Source: Synergistaceae bacterium (GTDB lineage Bacteria > Synergistota > Synergistia > Synergistales > Synergistaceae). From it: DNA of 64,000 nucleotides. The notes beneath the pieces were generated by a model. The model made no database searches. It was not told where the DNA came from and worked only from the letters and a program-made list of their open reading frames with translations. The position numbers were made by a program, and so were the translations under genes. Shown here one piece after another: positions 45,198-55,228 of the stretch; within the stretch, counting starts at the first letter, position 1, and every line of letters starts with the position of its first letter. The stretch lies in assembly GCA_050175815.1 (NCBI GenBank), contig JBFXIQ010000002.1:1025-65024 (forward strand). The letters run 5' to 3'.

Positions 45198-45983
45198 GTG
45201 ATTGGTTCAGAGAAGGTTGCGGTTGTACGCGGCGGCGGAGATTTAGCCACGGGGATAATTTATAGGCTTTGGAGGACAGGTTTTAGAGTTTTGTGTCTTG
45301 AAATCCAGAAGCCGCTTGTTGTTCGCAGGACAGTTTCAGCTGCATCCGCAATTTTTGATGGAAGCATAACTGTTGACGGTATGTTAGTGCAGCACATTAA
45401 TGCTCCGGACGAAATGTTTTTAAATGAAGGAGTTTCAATCATCGTTGACCCAGATGCCCTTTCATTAGAGATGATAAAACCTTTTTTACTGGTAGATTCG
45501 ATCATGGCAAAAAGAAATCTTGGTACGCATATGAAAATGGCTCCTTTGGTGATCGGTATTGGCCCCGGTTTTGTTGCAAAAGAAGATGTCCATTACGTAG
45601 TTGAAACAAAAAGGGGCCATTATCTAGGCAGATTAATTTCAGAAGGTTCAGCTATTCCTGACACGGGTGTCCCCGGTATACAAATGGGTTACTCAATTGA
45701 AAGATTATTAAGAGCTCCTTGTGAAGGGTATATAGAGCACATAAAAGAGATTGGTGATCATGTTGAGACCGGAGATCTTATTGGGAAGATAGGCAGCGAA
45801 GAAATTCGTGCAGCAATACCGGGAGTCCTCAGGGGTTTTATTCATCCTTCAGTGTATGTAAAAAAAGGGATGAAGATTGGCGATGTTGATCCAAGAGATG
45901 CAAAAGAGCATTGTTATTCTATTACAGATAAAGCATTAGCAATTGCTGGTGGTGTATTAGAGGCTGTTTGCAGAGAAATTTAA
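45198..45983 (+). CDS. YqeB/EF2563-family accessory protein of selenium-dependent molybdenum hydroxylases
   Basis: The N-terminal VAVVRGGGDLATGIIYRLWRTGFRVLCLEIQKPLVVRRTVSAASAIFDG matches the family signature as I remember it; 261 aa. Confidence 0.7.
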   Translation: MIGSEKVAVVRGGGDLATGIIYRLWRTGFRVLCLEIQKPLVVRRTVSAASAIFDGSITVDGMLVQHINAPDEMFLNEGVSIIVDPDALSLEMIKPFLLVDSIMAKRNLGTHMKMAPLVIGIGPGFVAKEDVHYVVETKRGHYLGRLISEGSAIPDTGVPGIQMGYSIERLLRAPCEGYIEHIKEIGDHVETGDLIGKIGSEEIRAAIPGVLRGFIHPSVYVKKGMKIGDVDPRDAKEHCYSITDKALAIAGGVLEAVCREI

Positions 45984-46004
45984 TAGAGATTAGAGGTTGA
46001 TGTA

Positions 46005-46784
46005 ATGCACATTTCATCTGTTCAGCTCGAAATTAAAGATGATAGAAACAAAGAGGAAATGATAAGCCACGTCCTTTCAATGATGGATAAGTGCAGAGGT
46101 GATGATCTTATCATTCTCCCAGAGCTGTGGAACGTCGGTTTTTTTAATTATGACAACTATAAAAACTACGCTGAATCTTCTATAGACGGAGAAACGGTCT
46201 CCGCGATTTCAGCCAAGGCCAAAGATCTGGGGGCTTATGTTTACTCCGGAAGTTTTGTCGAAAAGCAAGGAGATAAATATTACAACACAAGTGTTCTTTT
46301 TGACAGAGAAGGTAAAAATGTTGGTGAATACAGGAAGATACATCTTTTCACATATAAGTGCAGGGAACCAGAGATCCTGACTCCGGGTGAGAAGATTACC
46401 GTTGTTGATACAGAGTTTGGGAGAATTGGTCTTGCTACATGTTATGATTTGAGGTTTCCTGAACTTTTCAGAAAAATGACGGTGGAGATGGGCGCAGAAT
46501 ATTTTTTGGTGACATCAGGGTGGCCGTATCCCAGACTTGAGGCTTGGAATGTTCTCAATCAGGCGAGAGCCCTTGAAAATACTTGTTATCTTATTTCCTG
46601 TAATGCAGCTGGAGTAAACAAAGGCATCAGGCTTGCCGGCCACAGTCAGATAGTAGATCCATGGGGCAATGTCATTGCAGGTACCGGGTACGAAGAAGCT
46701 ATTGTGAAGGCTGAAATTTCGCGAGGAGAGCTTTTAAGGGTAAGAAAAGAATTCCCTGTGCTTAAAGATATACGCTTGCTTTAA
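46005..46784 (+). CDS. carbon-nitrogen hydrolase (nitrilase superfamily amidase)
   Basis: Catalytic Glu-Lys-Cys contexts are present: ILPELW, YRKIHLF, GLATCYDLRFPE; 259 aa. Confidence 0.85.
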   Translation: MHISSVQLEIKDDRNKEEMISHVLSMMDKCRGDDLIILPELWNVGFFNYDNYKNYAESSIDGETVSAISAKAKDLGAYVYSGSFVEKQGDKYYNTSVLFDREGKNVGEYRKIHLFTYKCREPEILTPGEKITVVDTEFGRIGLATCYDLRFPELFRKMTVEMGAEYFLVTSGWPYPRLEAWNVLNQARALENTCYLISCNAAGVNKGIRLAGHSQIVDPWGNVIAGTGYEEAIVKAEISRGELLRVRKEFPVLKDIRLL

Positions 46785-46835
46785 CAGTCTGCGAGTTAAT
46801 GTCATTGCGTAAGCATAGAACGGAGGAGTTTTCTG

Positions 46836-47708
46836 ATGAAAAATTTTGCATATAAGAGAGTAATAACTATTGATGAGGCTCTTGCAGTTTTAAATAACGA
46901 TAACAGCAAGTTAATAGCAGGTGGTACTGATTTGCTGTTAAAAATAAAACATGGCATGGCAGTTGTCAAAACTATGGTCGACATATCTCAGATAGAGAAT
47001 TTCTCTTACATACAAGAAGACTCAGATATGATACACATCGGCGCAGGGACAAAAATCAAAGACTTAATTGACTCTGATCTTATTCATTCTTCGGCACCAC
47101 TTATAGCTCAAATAGCACAAGAAATAGGTTCACCTGAGATAAGGAATGTGGCTACAGTTGGAGGAAATATTTGTGCTGCAAGAGCAAACTGCGGTACGTG
47201 TTTTTTGCCAGGATGCAAAGCTATGACAGGAGACAGAACAGTCAAGCCTTGTCAAAATGCTTCATATTCTGACCTGCTTTTGCCCTTTGCAGCTTATGAT
47301 GCTGTTGCAGTGATCAGAAGCTCTGATGGAACTCGTAAAGTACAAATGGAAAATTTTATTAAGCCTGACGGAAAAATAGATATTACGAACAAAGAAATAC
47401 TAACGGAAATCTTTTTCAAGCAAGAGGCATCAAAGAAAGCCTATATGTGCCTAAGATATCCAAAATCCATGGGACTACCGTATTTTTCTGTAATTGCAGA
47501 TTTTAAAGGCGGGGAAAAGTTTGATCTCACTATTGGAGGCGCAACAAAGTCAATATACAAATTTAGAGGAGTATCAAGAGAAGATGTAACAGTCTCTCTT
47601 GTAGATAAATTTGTATTTAAAGAAAGCATTTATCTATCAAAAGAATACCTTAAAACGGTAGCTCCATCTTTGATTTTAGATGCTATGGACAAGGCACTGG
47701 AGGTGTAA
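46836..47708 (+). CDS. xanthine-dehydrogenase-family FAD-binding subunit (CoxM/XdhB-like) with a Cys-rich insert
   Basis: LIAGGTDLL, ATVGGNI motifs; 290 aa. The insert is C119-x2-C122-x4-C127-x11-C139, located right after GGNIC113. Confidence 0.85.
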   Translation: MKNFAYKRVITIDEALAVLNNDNSKLIAGGTDLLLKIKHGMAVVKTMVDISQIENFSYIQEDSDMIHIGAGTKIKDLIDSDLIHSSAPLIAQIAQEIGSPEIRNVATVGGNICAARANCGTCFLPGCKAMTGDRTVKPCQNASYSDLLLPFAAYDAVAVIRSSDGTRKVQMENFIKPDGKIDITNKEILTEIFFKQEASKKAYMCLRYPKSMGLPYFSVIADFKGGEKFDLTIGGATKSIYKFRGVSREDVTVSLVDKFVFKESIYLSKEYLKTVAPSLILDAMDKALEV

Positions 47709-47713
47709 GGGCG

Positions 47714-48193
47714 ATGTCTTACGTGGTGAATATTAAAATTAACGGATATCAATTTTCTGAGGAATGCGACGAAAACACCACTTTGCTTGATTTTATTAGA
47801 GAAAGAGTAAAGCTTACAGGCACAAAAAAAGGATGTGACAACGGAGATTGTGGGGCATGTACCGTGCTGTTCGACGGGAAGGCCGTTTTGTCCTGTATGA
47901 TGCTTGCTGTGCAGGCAGACGGGCATGAGGTTTTAACTATAGAAGGTCTTACAGAAGAAAATGGACTGAATGAAATACAGAAATCATTTATTAAAGCCGG
48001 AGCAATTCAGTGTGGTTATTGTACTCCGGGAATGGTAATGGCAACGCTTGGACTTTTGTCTGAAAATCCGGATCCTACAGAAGAAGAGATCAGAAAGGCG
48101 TTAGTAGGTCATTTATGCCGCTGTAGCGGATACGAGAATATTGTTAAAGGTGTTAAGCTGGCTGCAAAAGCTTTTTCTGAGTTAAAAATCTGA
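47714..48193 (+). CDS. xanthine-dehydrogenase-family 2x[2Fe-2S] subunit
   Basis: GCDNGDCGACTV and QCGYCTPGM...LCRC.GY motifs; 159 aa. Confidence 0.95.
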   Translation: MSYVVNIKINGYQFSEECDENTTLLDFIRERVKLTGTKKGCDNGDCGACTVLFDGKAVLSCMMLAVQADGHEVLTIEGLTEENGLNEIQKSFIKAGAIQCGYCTPGMVMATLGLLSENPDPTEEEIRKALVGHLCRCSGYENIVKGVKLAAKAFSELKI

Positions 48194-48234
48194 TTGCTGT
48201 CAATAAGCTAACTCTATTTAGGAGGAACATCAAA

Positions 48235-50517
48235 ATGAACTCCGTAATTGGAAAATCTTTCCCATTGATAGATTCTGAAGATAAAGTTGCTGGAAAACTG
48301 GTTTATGGCAGCGACTTTGCCCTGCATGGCATGCTTTATGGAGCAGTCTTGAGAAGCCCCATTGCTCATGGGCGCATTTCCAACATAGATACTTCGAAGG
48401 CAAAACAAATCTCTGGAGTTAGAGCAGTATTAACAGGTAAGGATTTAAATCTGCCACACTATTCCGTAGCGGGAGAAAAATGGCTCGATGAGCAGCTTCT
48501 TGCTACAGAAAAAGTTAGATATATAGGTGATGAAATAGCTCTTGTTGCTGCTGTATCTCATGAAATTGCCGTGGATGCGGTAAAAAAGATAAAAGTTGAA
48601 TATGAAGAATTACCTGCAGTATTTGATCCTGAAGAAGCTATGAAACAAAATGCTCCGGTAATACATGGACAGTTTGGAACAAACATAGCCAGAGAAATGA
48701 ACATAAATCATGGTGACGTTGAAAAGGCTTTTAGAGATGCTGAGGTGATCGCAGAAGGCGAGTTCAGCACGGGAAGAGTTCACCATGGGTATATTGAACC
48801 GAACGCAGGTGTTGCAGATTGGAGAGGTGACACCGTTACGTTTTGGCTTCCAACGCAGTCTCCTGTACTGGCTAGAATGACCTATGCAAAAGCTCTGGGG
48901 CTGGATAAGGATAAGGTAAAAGTATTTCAACTTCCATTAGGAGGCGGCTTCGGTGGTAAATTGGAATATAAACTACATCCCTTGTGCGCATTACTGTCAA
49001 AATTCAGTGGTCGTCCGGTCAAGATGGTCAACACGAGGCAGGATGAACTGACAGCCTCTCTTCCCCGAGTCCCAATGAAGATAAAAATGCAGCTGGCTGT
49101 TTCAAAAGACGGTGTTTTTCTTGGTAAAAAAGTGAAAATTATTGCCGATAACGGTGCATACATGAATTATGGCCCAGGGATACTTCTTAGTGCATCTACT
49201 CGGAATGACAACCTTTACAGGATAAAGAACATCAAAACACAGGGTTTTCTTGTCTACACAAATAACATGCCAACCGGTGCATTTAGAGGTTTTGGATGTC
49301 CGCAAAGTCATTTTGCCCAAGAAACACTTGTTGATGAGGCAGCTGTCAAGTTAGGAATAGATCCGGCAGAAATAAGGCTTATAAATGCAAGCGAAAAAGG
49401 AGATGTGACTCCGCACAACTGGCATTTGGGGAGTTGCGGACTAAGTGATTGCATAAGCCAAAGTATAGAAGCTGCAGAATGGGGAGCGAAAAAAGAACTA
49501 TATAAAAAAACTAAAGATGATGTGTGGGCCAATGGAATCGGAATTGCATCCTGTTTGCACGTATCCGGAAACAGGACCTTTTTGCCGTTTTTTGATGGCT
49601 CGTCTTCCGAAGTTAGAATAAACGAAGAAGGCAAAGTAACCGTTTTCCCGGGAGAGGTCGATTTGGGACAGGGCAGTAAAACAGTATTTGCAATGATCGT
49701 TGCTGAAGAACTTTCAATCCCGATGGAATGGATCTCAGTATCGGATATGGATACCGAGAGATGTCCTCATGGCATGGGTACTTTTGGCGACAGGGTAACG
49801 ACTTTGGGCGGAAATGCTGCCAGAAATGCTGCAATTGATGCGAGGAAAAAGATGACAGAGGTTGCTGCAAGAAAATTAGGGGTAGAAGCAACAGAGATAA
49901 CGTTAAAGGATGCTTTTTTTAGGACAGAAAATGGAAGATCAATAGGTTTTGCAGAGATTGCAGAAGCCGCTTCATATGAAAAAGCAGGAGCAACTGTGAT
50001 CGGTTACGGCAGTTTTCAGCCGCCAAACGTTAGTATGGTCCACCCTGAAACAAAAGTAGGTAATGTATCCTGCGCATATCCATTTGTAACACAAATTGTT
50101 GAAGTGGCGGTAAACAGGCATACTGGCGAAGTCAAACTTCTAAAGATAGTATCGTCGCATGACCTTGGAAAGGCGATAAATCCAATGATGGCAGAGGGAC
50201 AGGTCTTCGGAGCCGTTGCAATGGGGATCGGATTTGGGGTAATGGAATCTATGGTCGAAAAGAAAGGGGCTGTTTGCAATCAAAGCTTCAAGCATAACTA
50301 TATGCCAAGAACCACTGACATGCCACCCTTGGTGTCGTTGCTTATCGAGTCAGACGACCCCAACGGTCCATATGGAGCTAAAGGGCTTGGTGAACCAGCT
50401 TTAACTGCTATAGCTCCTGCTATAGCAAACGCTATATATGATGCAGTCGGAGTTAGACTTAGGTCTCTTCCAATTAACCCCGAAGCTGTATTAAAAGAAA
50501 TTATTAAGAATCGCTAA
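48235..50517 (+). CDS. xanthine-dehydrogenase-family molybdopterin-binding large subunit
   Basis: Ald_Xan_dh-type strings (GGGFGGK, RGFG.PQ, GQG..T, GLGEP); 760 aa. Confidence 0.9.
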   Translation: MNSVIGKSFPLIDSEDKVAGKLVYGSDFALHGMLYGAVLRSPIAHGRISNIDTSKAKQISGVRAVLTGKDLNLPHYSVAGEKWLDEQLLATEKVRYIGDEIALVAAVSHEIAVDAVKKIKVEYEELPAVFDPEEAMKQNAPVIHGQFGTNIAREMNINHGDVEKAFRDAEVIAEGEFSTGRVHHGYIEPNAGVADWRGDTVTFWLPTQSPVLARMTYAKALGLDKDKVKVFQLPLGGGFGGKLEYKLHPLCALLSKFSGRPVKMVNTRQDELTASLPRVPMKIKMQLAVSKDGVFLGKKVKIIADNGAYMNYGPGILLSASTRNDNLYRIKNIKTQGFLVYTNNMPTGAFRGFGCPQSHFAQETLVDEAAVKLGIDPAEIRLINASEKGDVTPHNWHLGSCGLSDCISQSIEAAEWGAKKELYKKTKDDVWANGIGIASCLHVSGNRTFLPFFDGSSSEVRINEEGKVTVFPGEVDLGQGSKTVFAMIVAEELSIPMEWISVSDMDTERCPHGMGTFGDRVTTLGGNAARNAAIDARKKMTEVAARKLGVEATEITLKDAFFRTENGRSIGFAEIAEAASYEKAGATVIGYGSFQPPNVSMVHPETKVGNVSCAYPFVTQIVEVAVNRHTGEVKLLKIVSSHDLGKAINPMMAEGQVFGAVAMGIGFGVMESMVEKKGAVCNQSFKHNYMPRTTDMPPLVSLLIESDDPNGPYGAKGLGEPALTAIAPAIANAIYDAVGVRLRSLPINPEAVLKEIIKNR

Positions 50518-50588
50518 TAAGTAATTAGTTATAAAGACAGACAACACCTTAGGTTGTCAGTAAAACACAAATTACAGGAGGAATCAAA

Positions 50589-53348
50589 ATGACTATTCAA
50601 GAAATCAAGTTTAGAGTCAACGACAGACCGGTAAAGTTGCTAACGGATCCCAATAAGTCACTCTTGAAAGTGATAAGGGATGAGTTGCGTTTGCTAGGGA
50701 CGAAAGAAGGTTGCGGGGAGGGAATTTGCGGAAGCTGTACAGTCCTTGTAGATGGGGTTCCCCAAAACTCTTGTAAAATCCCTGTACATAAGGTTGCCGG
50801 GAAGAATATTACAACAATAGAGGGTGTAGGTACTCAAAATAGTCCTGACCCTATACAGGTTGCATTTGTTAAGGCGGGAGCGTCACAATGTGGATTTTGT
50901 ACGCCAGGAATGATTTTAAACGCTAAATACATATTAGATAAGAATCCTAATCCAACTCGTGATGAAGTTCGGAAAATGCTTAAGAGAAACCTATGCCGCT
51001 GTACCGGATACGAAAAGATAATTGATGCCGTAATGATGGCTGCTGAAGCAATGAAGAACCCGGATGTACTAAAAATGAAGCCACTGAAAGATTACCGTTT
51101 AGGTGACTACATACCTCAGCTAAATTCTTGGGATAAGGTAACAGGTTCTCTGAGATACGGAATAGATATTTATATCGAGAACATGTGTTTTGCAAAAGTA
51201 CTGCGCAGCCCTCATGCACATGCCATAATAAAATCAATAGATTCTTCAGAAGCTGAAGCTATGCATGGAGTGGTCTGTGTATGTACATCGAAAGATCTTA
51301 AAGGCGAGAATCGTGTTAAGTACATTGTTCAGGATTATAGGGCTATTGCTGATAACAAGGTACGTTATTGGGGAGAGCCTGTGGCGATAGTAGTTGCGAA
51401 AACTGAAGATATTGCAGCTGAAGCACTTTCAAAAATTAAAGTTGATTACGAAGAGCTTCCTGCAGTATTTGATCCCTTTGAAGCCCAAAAACAAGGAGCA
51501 CCAGAGGTCCAGGAAGATCAGTTCCCAGGGAACCTTCTTTGGTGGCAGGATCTTAAGCAGGGTGATATAGAAAAAGGTTTTGCAGAAGCTGATATTATAG
51601 AAGAGCATGATTACTACACACCTGCTAACTGTCATGGATATCTGGATCCAGAATGTGGTGTCGGGTTTATTGACGATGATGGCAGAGTCTCTATATGGAG
51701 CTGCGGTCAGGCACCCCATTACCACAGGGATGAAGTTGCAAGAGTCCTTGGCCTTGGTACAGAAGAAGTTCGAGTTGTCGAAGACGGTACTGGTGGTGGT
51801 TTTGGAGCAAGGATCGATCCGTTTATTCAACTTTTGATAGGGATCGCAGTATACAAGGCTAAAGTGCCGGTAAAACTCCAATTCACAACGGAAGAAAACT
51901 TTATAGGAAACTGTAAGCGTCATCCTTTCTGGATGCATATGAAGACCGGCGTAAAAAAGGATGGCACTGTAGTGGCACATTATGCTGAGATTGTAACTGA
52001 TTCAGGAGCATATGCACTGGCAAGTCCTGGTGTTCTCATGAGAGCGATAGTTCACTCTTATGGTCCATATGAGTTTCCCAATGTATTGGTTCATGGTAAG
52101 ACAATCCTTACCAACAACACACCTAATTCAGCAATGCGAGGTTTCGGAGTTTCTCAAATGTGCTATTCAGTAGAAATGCAGATCAATAAAATTTGCAAAA
52201 AACTTGGAATGAGTGTGTTTGATTTTGCAAGGAAAAACGGATTTAAAAAGGGCACAATTACTGCAACAGGGCAGCTCATCGAAGATGAACCTGGTTACAA
52301 AGAAGTAATTGACAAAATTGATGAACACTGGAAAAACAAAAGTGATAAAAAGACATCCCCTGAAGAACTGGCAAAACTTCCTTCCCATATAAAAAGAGGG
52401 GTAGGATTTGCCACAACTTGGTACGGAATAGGTAAGACAGGGCTCTTAAACCTATCTAGAGCAAACATGACTTTTACGTCAGACGGAACTCTTGATTTAA
52501 GAGAAGGAGCTGCTGAGATTGGTCAGGGTTCAAATACAGTTATGGCTCTTATAGCAGCGGAAGAACTAGATCTAGACCTTGACCGTATTAAAGTTATGGC
52601 TGCAGATTCGTTGCTGACACCTGATTCAGATCTGACTTGTGCAAGCAAACATACATTCTACACAGGAAATGCGACTCTTCTGGCGGCCAAAGACCTTAAA
52701 AAGAAGATGTTTGAGGCAGCATCAAAAGAGCTAAGTGTTTCTGTTGAAGACCTTGTAACATCACAGGGGGTAGTTTTTGTAAAGTCTGAACCCGAAAACA
52801 AAATTAGTGCCCAGGAACTCGTCAGTCGAGGTTATGAAATCAGAGGAGAAGGTGAATTTGTAGTGCCTCTCGATGGACTTGACCAAGCGACGGGCCAGGG
52901 TAAGTTGTATGTTGTATTTACATATGGAGCATGTGAAGTTGAAGTTGAAGTTAATACTAAAACAGGAGAAGTAAAAGTACTTGACGCAGCGTTGGCATTC
53001 CAGGCTGGAAAGGCGATCAACAGGCTCGCAATGGAAGGTCAGATGGAAGGCGGCGTAGCCCAGGGAGTTGCTTACGCATTAACTGAAGAATTCTTGCCGA
53101 ATGGTCAAACTACTAGTTTTAAACAGTATAAGATCCCTCGTTCAACTGATGTTCCAACAATGAAAACCTATTTTGTTGAGATCCCTCAAGGCCCCGGTCC
53201 TTTTGGTGCTATCGGCATGGGTGAAGCTGCGCACTTTCCAATGGCACCTGCAATCATGGCAGCTATCAACGATGCATGCGGAATATGGATCAACACATTG
53301 CCGGCTAAACCTGAAAAGATACTAACCGCGCTGAAGGAAAAGCATTAG
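50589..53348 (+). CDS. fused 2x[2Fe-2S] + molybdopterin oxidoreductase (Mop aldehyde-oxidoreductase / XdhD-like), no FAD domain
   Basis: The N-terminal ~160 aa carries GCGEGICGSCTV and QCGFCTPGM...LCRCTGY. The rest is a Mo-binding domain (GGGFGAR, RGFG.SQ, GQGS.T, GMGEA); 919 aa. Confidence 0.9.
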   Translation: MTIQEIKFRVNDRPVKLLTDPNKSLLKVIRDELRLLGTKEGCGEGICGSCTVLVDGVPQNSCKIPVHKVAGKNITTIEGVGTQNSPDPIQVAFVKAGASQCGFCTPGMILNAKYILDKNPNPTRDEVRKMLKRNLCRCTGYEKIIDAVMMAAEAMKNPDVLKMKPLKDYRLGDYIPQLNSWDKVTGSLRYGIDIYIENMCFAKVLRSPHAHAIIKSIDSSEAEAMHGVVCVCTSKDLKGENRVKYIVQDYRAIADNKVRYWGEPVAIVVAKTEDIAAEALSKIKVDYEELPAVFDPFEAQKQGAPEVQEDQFPGNLLWWQDLKQGDIEKGFAEADIIEEHDYYTPANCHGYLDPECGVGFIDDDGRVSIWSCGQAPHYHRDEVARVLGLGTEEVRVVEDGTGGGFGARIDPFIQLLIGIAVYKAKVPVKLQFTTEENFIGNCKRHPFWMHMKTGVKKDGTVVAHYAEIVTDSGAYALASPGVLMRAIVHSYGPYEFPNVLVHGKTILTNNTPNSAMRGFGVSQMCYSVEMQINKICKKLGMSVFDFARKNGFKKGTITATGQLIEDEPGYKEVIDKIDEHWKNKSDKKTSPEELAKLPSHIKRGVGFATTWYGIGKTGLLNLSRANMTFTSDGTLDLREGAAEIGQGSNTVMALIAAEELDLDLDRIKVMAADSLLTPDSDLTCASKHTFYTGNATLLAAKDLKKKMFEAASKELSVSVEDLVTSQGVVFVKSEPENKISAQELVSRGYEIRGEGEFVVPLDGLDQATGQGKLYVVFTYGACEVEVEVNTKTGEVKVLDAALAFQAGKAINRLAMEGQMEGGVAQGVAYALTEEFLPNGQTTSFKQYKIPRSTDVPTMKTYFVEIPQGPGPFGAIGMGEAAHFPMAPAIMAAINDACGIWINTLPAKPEKILTALKEKH

Positions 53349-53548
53349 TTTGTTTTATTCTGGCAGGAAGAAAGCTTCTGAAGTTTCACCTGACAGAAGT
53401 AGCTAAAAGCAAACTATAGGCCAATCTTTGAAATATTTCTCAGTTGAAAAAGAGGGGGTGTCACCCGAAAAACTATTTAAATTTAGTTAAGAGGCGTTAT
53501 TATTTTTGCCAATAAAAATATTGTTTAATAATGGAAGGAGTGCTTTAA

Positions 53549-54589
53549 ATGTCGATCAATAAGAAGTTTTTCGTCGTAACGCTCTTAGGGTTCTTTGTTT
53601 TTACATGCATGTTCTGTGGAAGTATGACTTTTGTCGGTAAAGCATCAGCAAAAACCTACACCATGAAACTTGGAACGATTGAGCCCCCGGCAAGCCCTAA
53701 GATGGTTGGAATGGAAAGATTTAAGGAGCTTGTAGAGAAAAAAACAAAAGGAGGAATCCAGGTAAAGATCTTCCCGTCATCACAGCTGGGATCTGCCAGA
53801 GAAATGATTGAAGCTACACAGATGGGGACTGAAGAAGCCACGCTTACAACGAGCTCAAATCTTTCTGGTTTTGAACCATCCGTAAGTATTCTTGACCTTC
53901 CATTCTTATTCCCATCTAGAGATGCATGCTACAAGGTAATTGACAGCCCGTTCGGCAAACATCTGCTAAAGACTTTGGAAGATAATGGTCTTATTGGGTT
54001 GAGCTGGTGGGATAGTGGATTTAAGCAGTTCACAATGGATTCCGAGATAGCAGGTCTTTCCTCTTTCAAAGGGAAAAAAATCAGAGTTATGGAAAACCCC
54101 ATTCTAATAGCTCAGTATGAGGCAATGGGAGCTTCAGCCATCCCCCTAAATTACCATGAACTATACAATGCTCTGCAACAGGGGGTTGTAAATGGGCAGG
54201 AAAATCCGCTTGCTTCCATTTATGAAATGAAGTTTTATGAAGTACAGAAATGTCTGGCAATTTCTGACCATGCATATCTGCCTTTGGTTATGGCTGTAAA
54301 CAAAAAGTGGTATGAATCATTACCGAAGGAATATCAGACAGCACTCCAGGAAGCTAGTGACGAAGCGTCACTTTTCCTAAGAAAACATCAGCTTGATCTT
54401 GAATTTAAAGAATTCGTTCCTCATATGGAAAAGGCTGGAATTAAAATTGTGCACATGACAGAAAAGCAAAAAGCTGAAATTGCAGATGCAATTAAAGACA
54501 AAACCAGGGCAGCTCTCATGAAAATGCTTGATAATAGAGGAAAAGAACTTCTTAAGGAACTTGACGAGACTATCGCTAAAATACACTAA
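53549..54589 (+). CDS. dctP: TRAP transporter substrate-binding protein (DctP family)
   Basis: Signal peptide plus a DctP-type pattern (FPSSQLG...E..E..Q.G, D.PFLF, WW..GF.QF, K.RV, NP.......K.YEVQK); 346 aa. Confidence 0.9.
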   Translation: MSINKKFFVVTLLGFFVFTCMFCGSMTFVGKASAKTYTMKLGTIEPPASPKMVGMERFKELVEKKTKGGIQVKIFPSSQLGSAREMIEATQMGTEEATLTTSSNLSGFEPSVSILDLPFLFPSRDACYKVIDSPFGKHLLKTLEDNGLIGLSWWDSGFKQFTMDSEIAGLSSFKGKKIRVMENPILIAQYEAMGASAIPLNYHELYNALQQGVVNGQENPLASIYEMKFYEVQKCLAISDHAYLPLVMAVNKKWYESLPKEYQTALQEASDEASLFLRKHQLDLEFKEFVPHMEKAGIKIVHMTEKQKAEIADAIKDKTRAALMKMLDNRGKELLKELDETIAKIH

Positions 54590-54598
54590 GAAATTCCG

Positions 54599-54643
54599 TT
54601 ATTATGCGGCGCCTAAGATTCATAATTTGTCGCCGCATAATAA
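54599..54643 (+). other. perfect 13-bp hairpin between dctP and dctQ
   Basis: TTATTATGCGGCG (54599-54611) pairs with CGCCGCATAATAA (54631-54643). Confidence 0.8.
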
Positions 54644-54665
54644 CACTTTTATCGAAAGTGAGTAG

Positions 54666-55226
54666 GTGATTTCAATTATTACTATCATTTCTAAATTTAA
54701 CAGAACCATCGAGAAAATGATTAAGCCGATAGTAGCGATGGCACTTTTGAGTATTACTCTTATACTTTGCTTCAATGTCATTGCTAGATATATTTTTGGA
54801 TTTTCTTTGAAATGGGCAGAAGAACTTGCCAATTATACAATAGTATACGTAACATTTTTTGGAGCTGTAGCATGCCTTCCCCTAGGGCTACATATTAGTA
54901 TGGATGCATTGGTTGAAAAAGTAAGCGAAAATACAAAATGGTATCTAAGTAAAGCGAATTCAATGATTGGATTTTTTTTCTCGTTAGCATTGTCATATTA
55001 TGGTTTTCAATTGGTATCCTTTGTTATGGAAAGAGGCCAATTAAGTCCGGCAATGATGATACCTATGGTAATACCTTATATTGCTATCCCATCAGCCTCA
55101 ATGCTCCTTGCAATTGAATTCTTAGAGATATTACTTAAGAGGAAAAACGATGTATCAGAGAAGCCATCAGAAATAGACGTTGAACTTCAACATTTTTGTG
55201 ACGTAAAAGAAGAGGAGGTCCTTTAA
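54666..55226 (+). CDS. dctQ: TRAP transporter small permease (DctQ)
   Basis: Four TM segments and the ..V.ARY.FG.S..WAEE motif; 186 aa. Confidence 0.85.
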   Translation: MISIITIISKFNRTIEKMIKPIVAMALLSITLILCFNVIARYIFGFSLKWAEELANYTIVYVTFFGAVACLPLGLHISMDALVEKVSENTKWYLSKANSMIGFFFSLALSYYGFQLVSFVMERGQLSPAMMIPMVIPYIAIPSASMLLAIEFLEILLKRKNDVSEKPSEIDVELQHFCDVKEEEVL

Positions 55227-55228
55227 CA

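Noticed and set aside
45198-53348. Selenocysteine recoding (in-frame TGA plus SECIS) within the molybdenum-hydroxylase cluster
   Set aside because: All ORFs are continuous and of the expected family length. No adjacent same-frame ORF pairs are split by TGA. Selenium in this enzyme class is a labile cofactor ligand and is not encoded as Sec.
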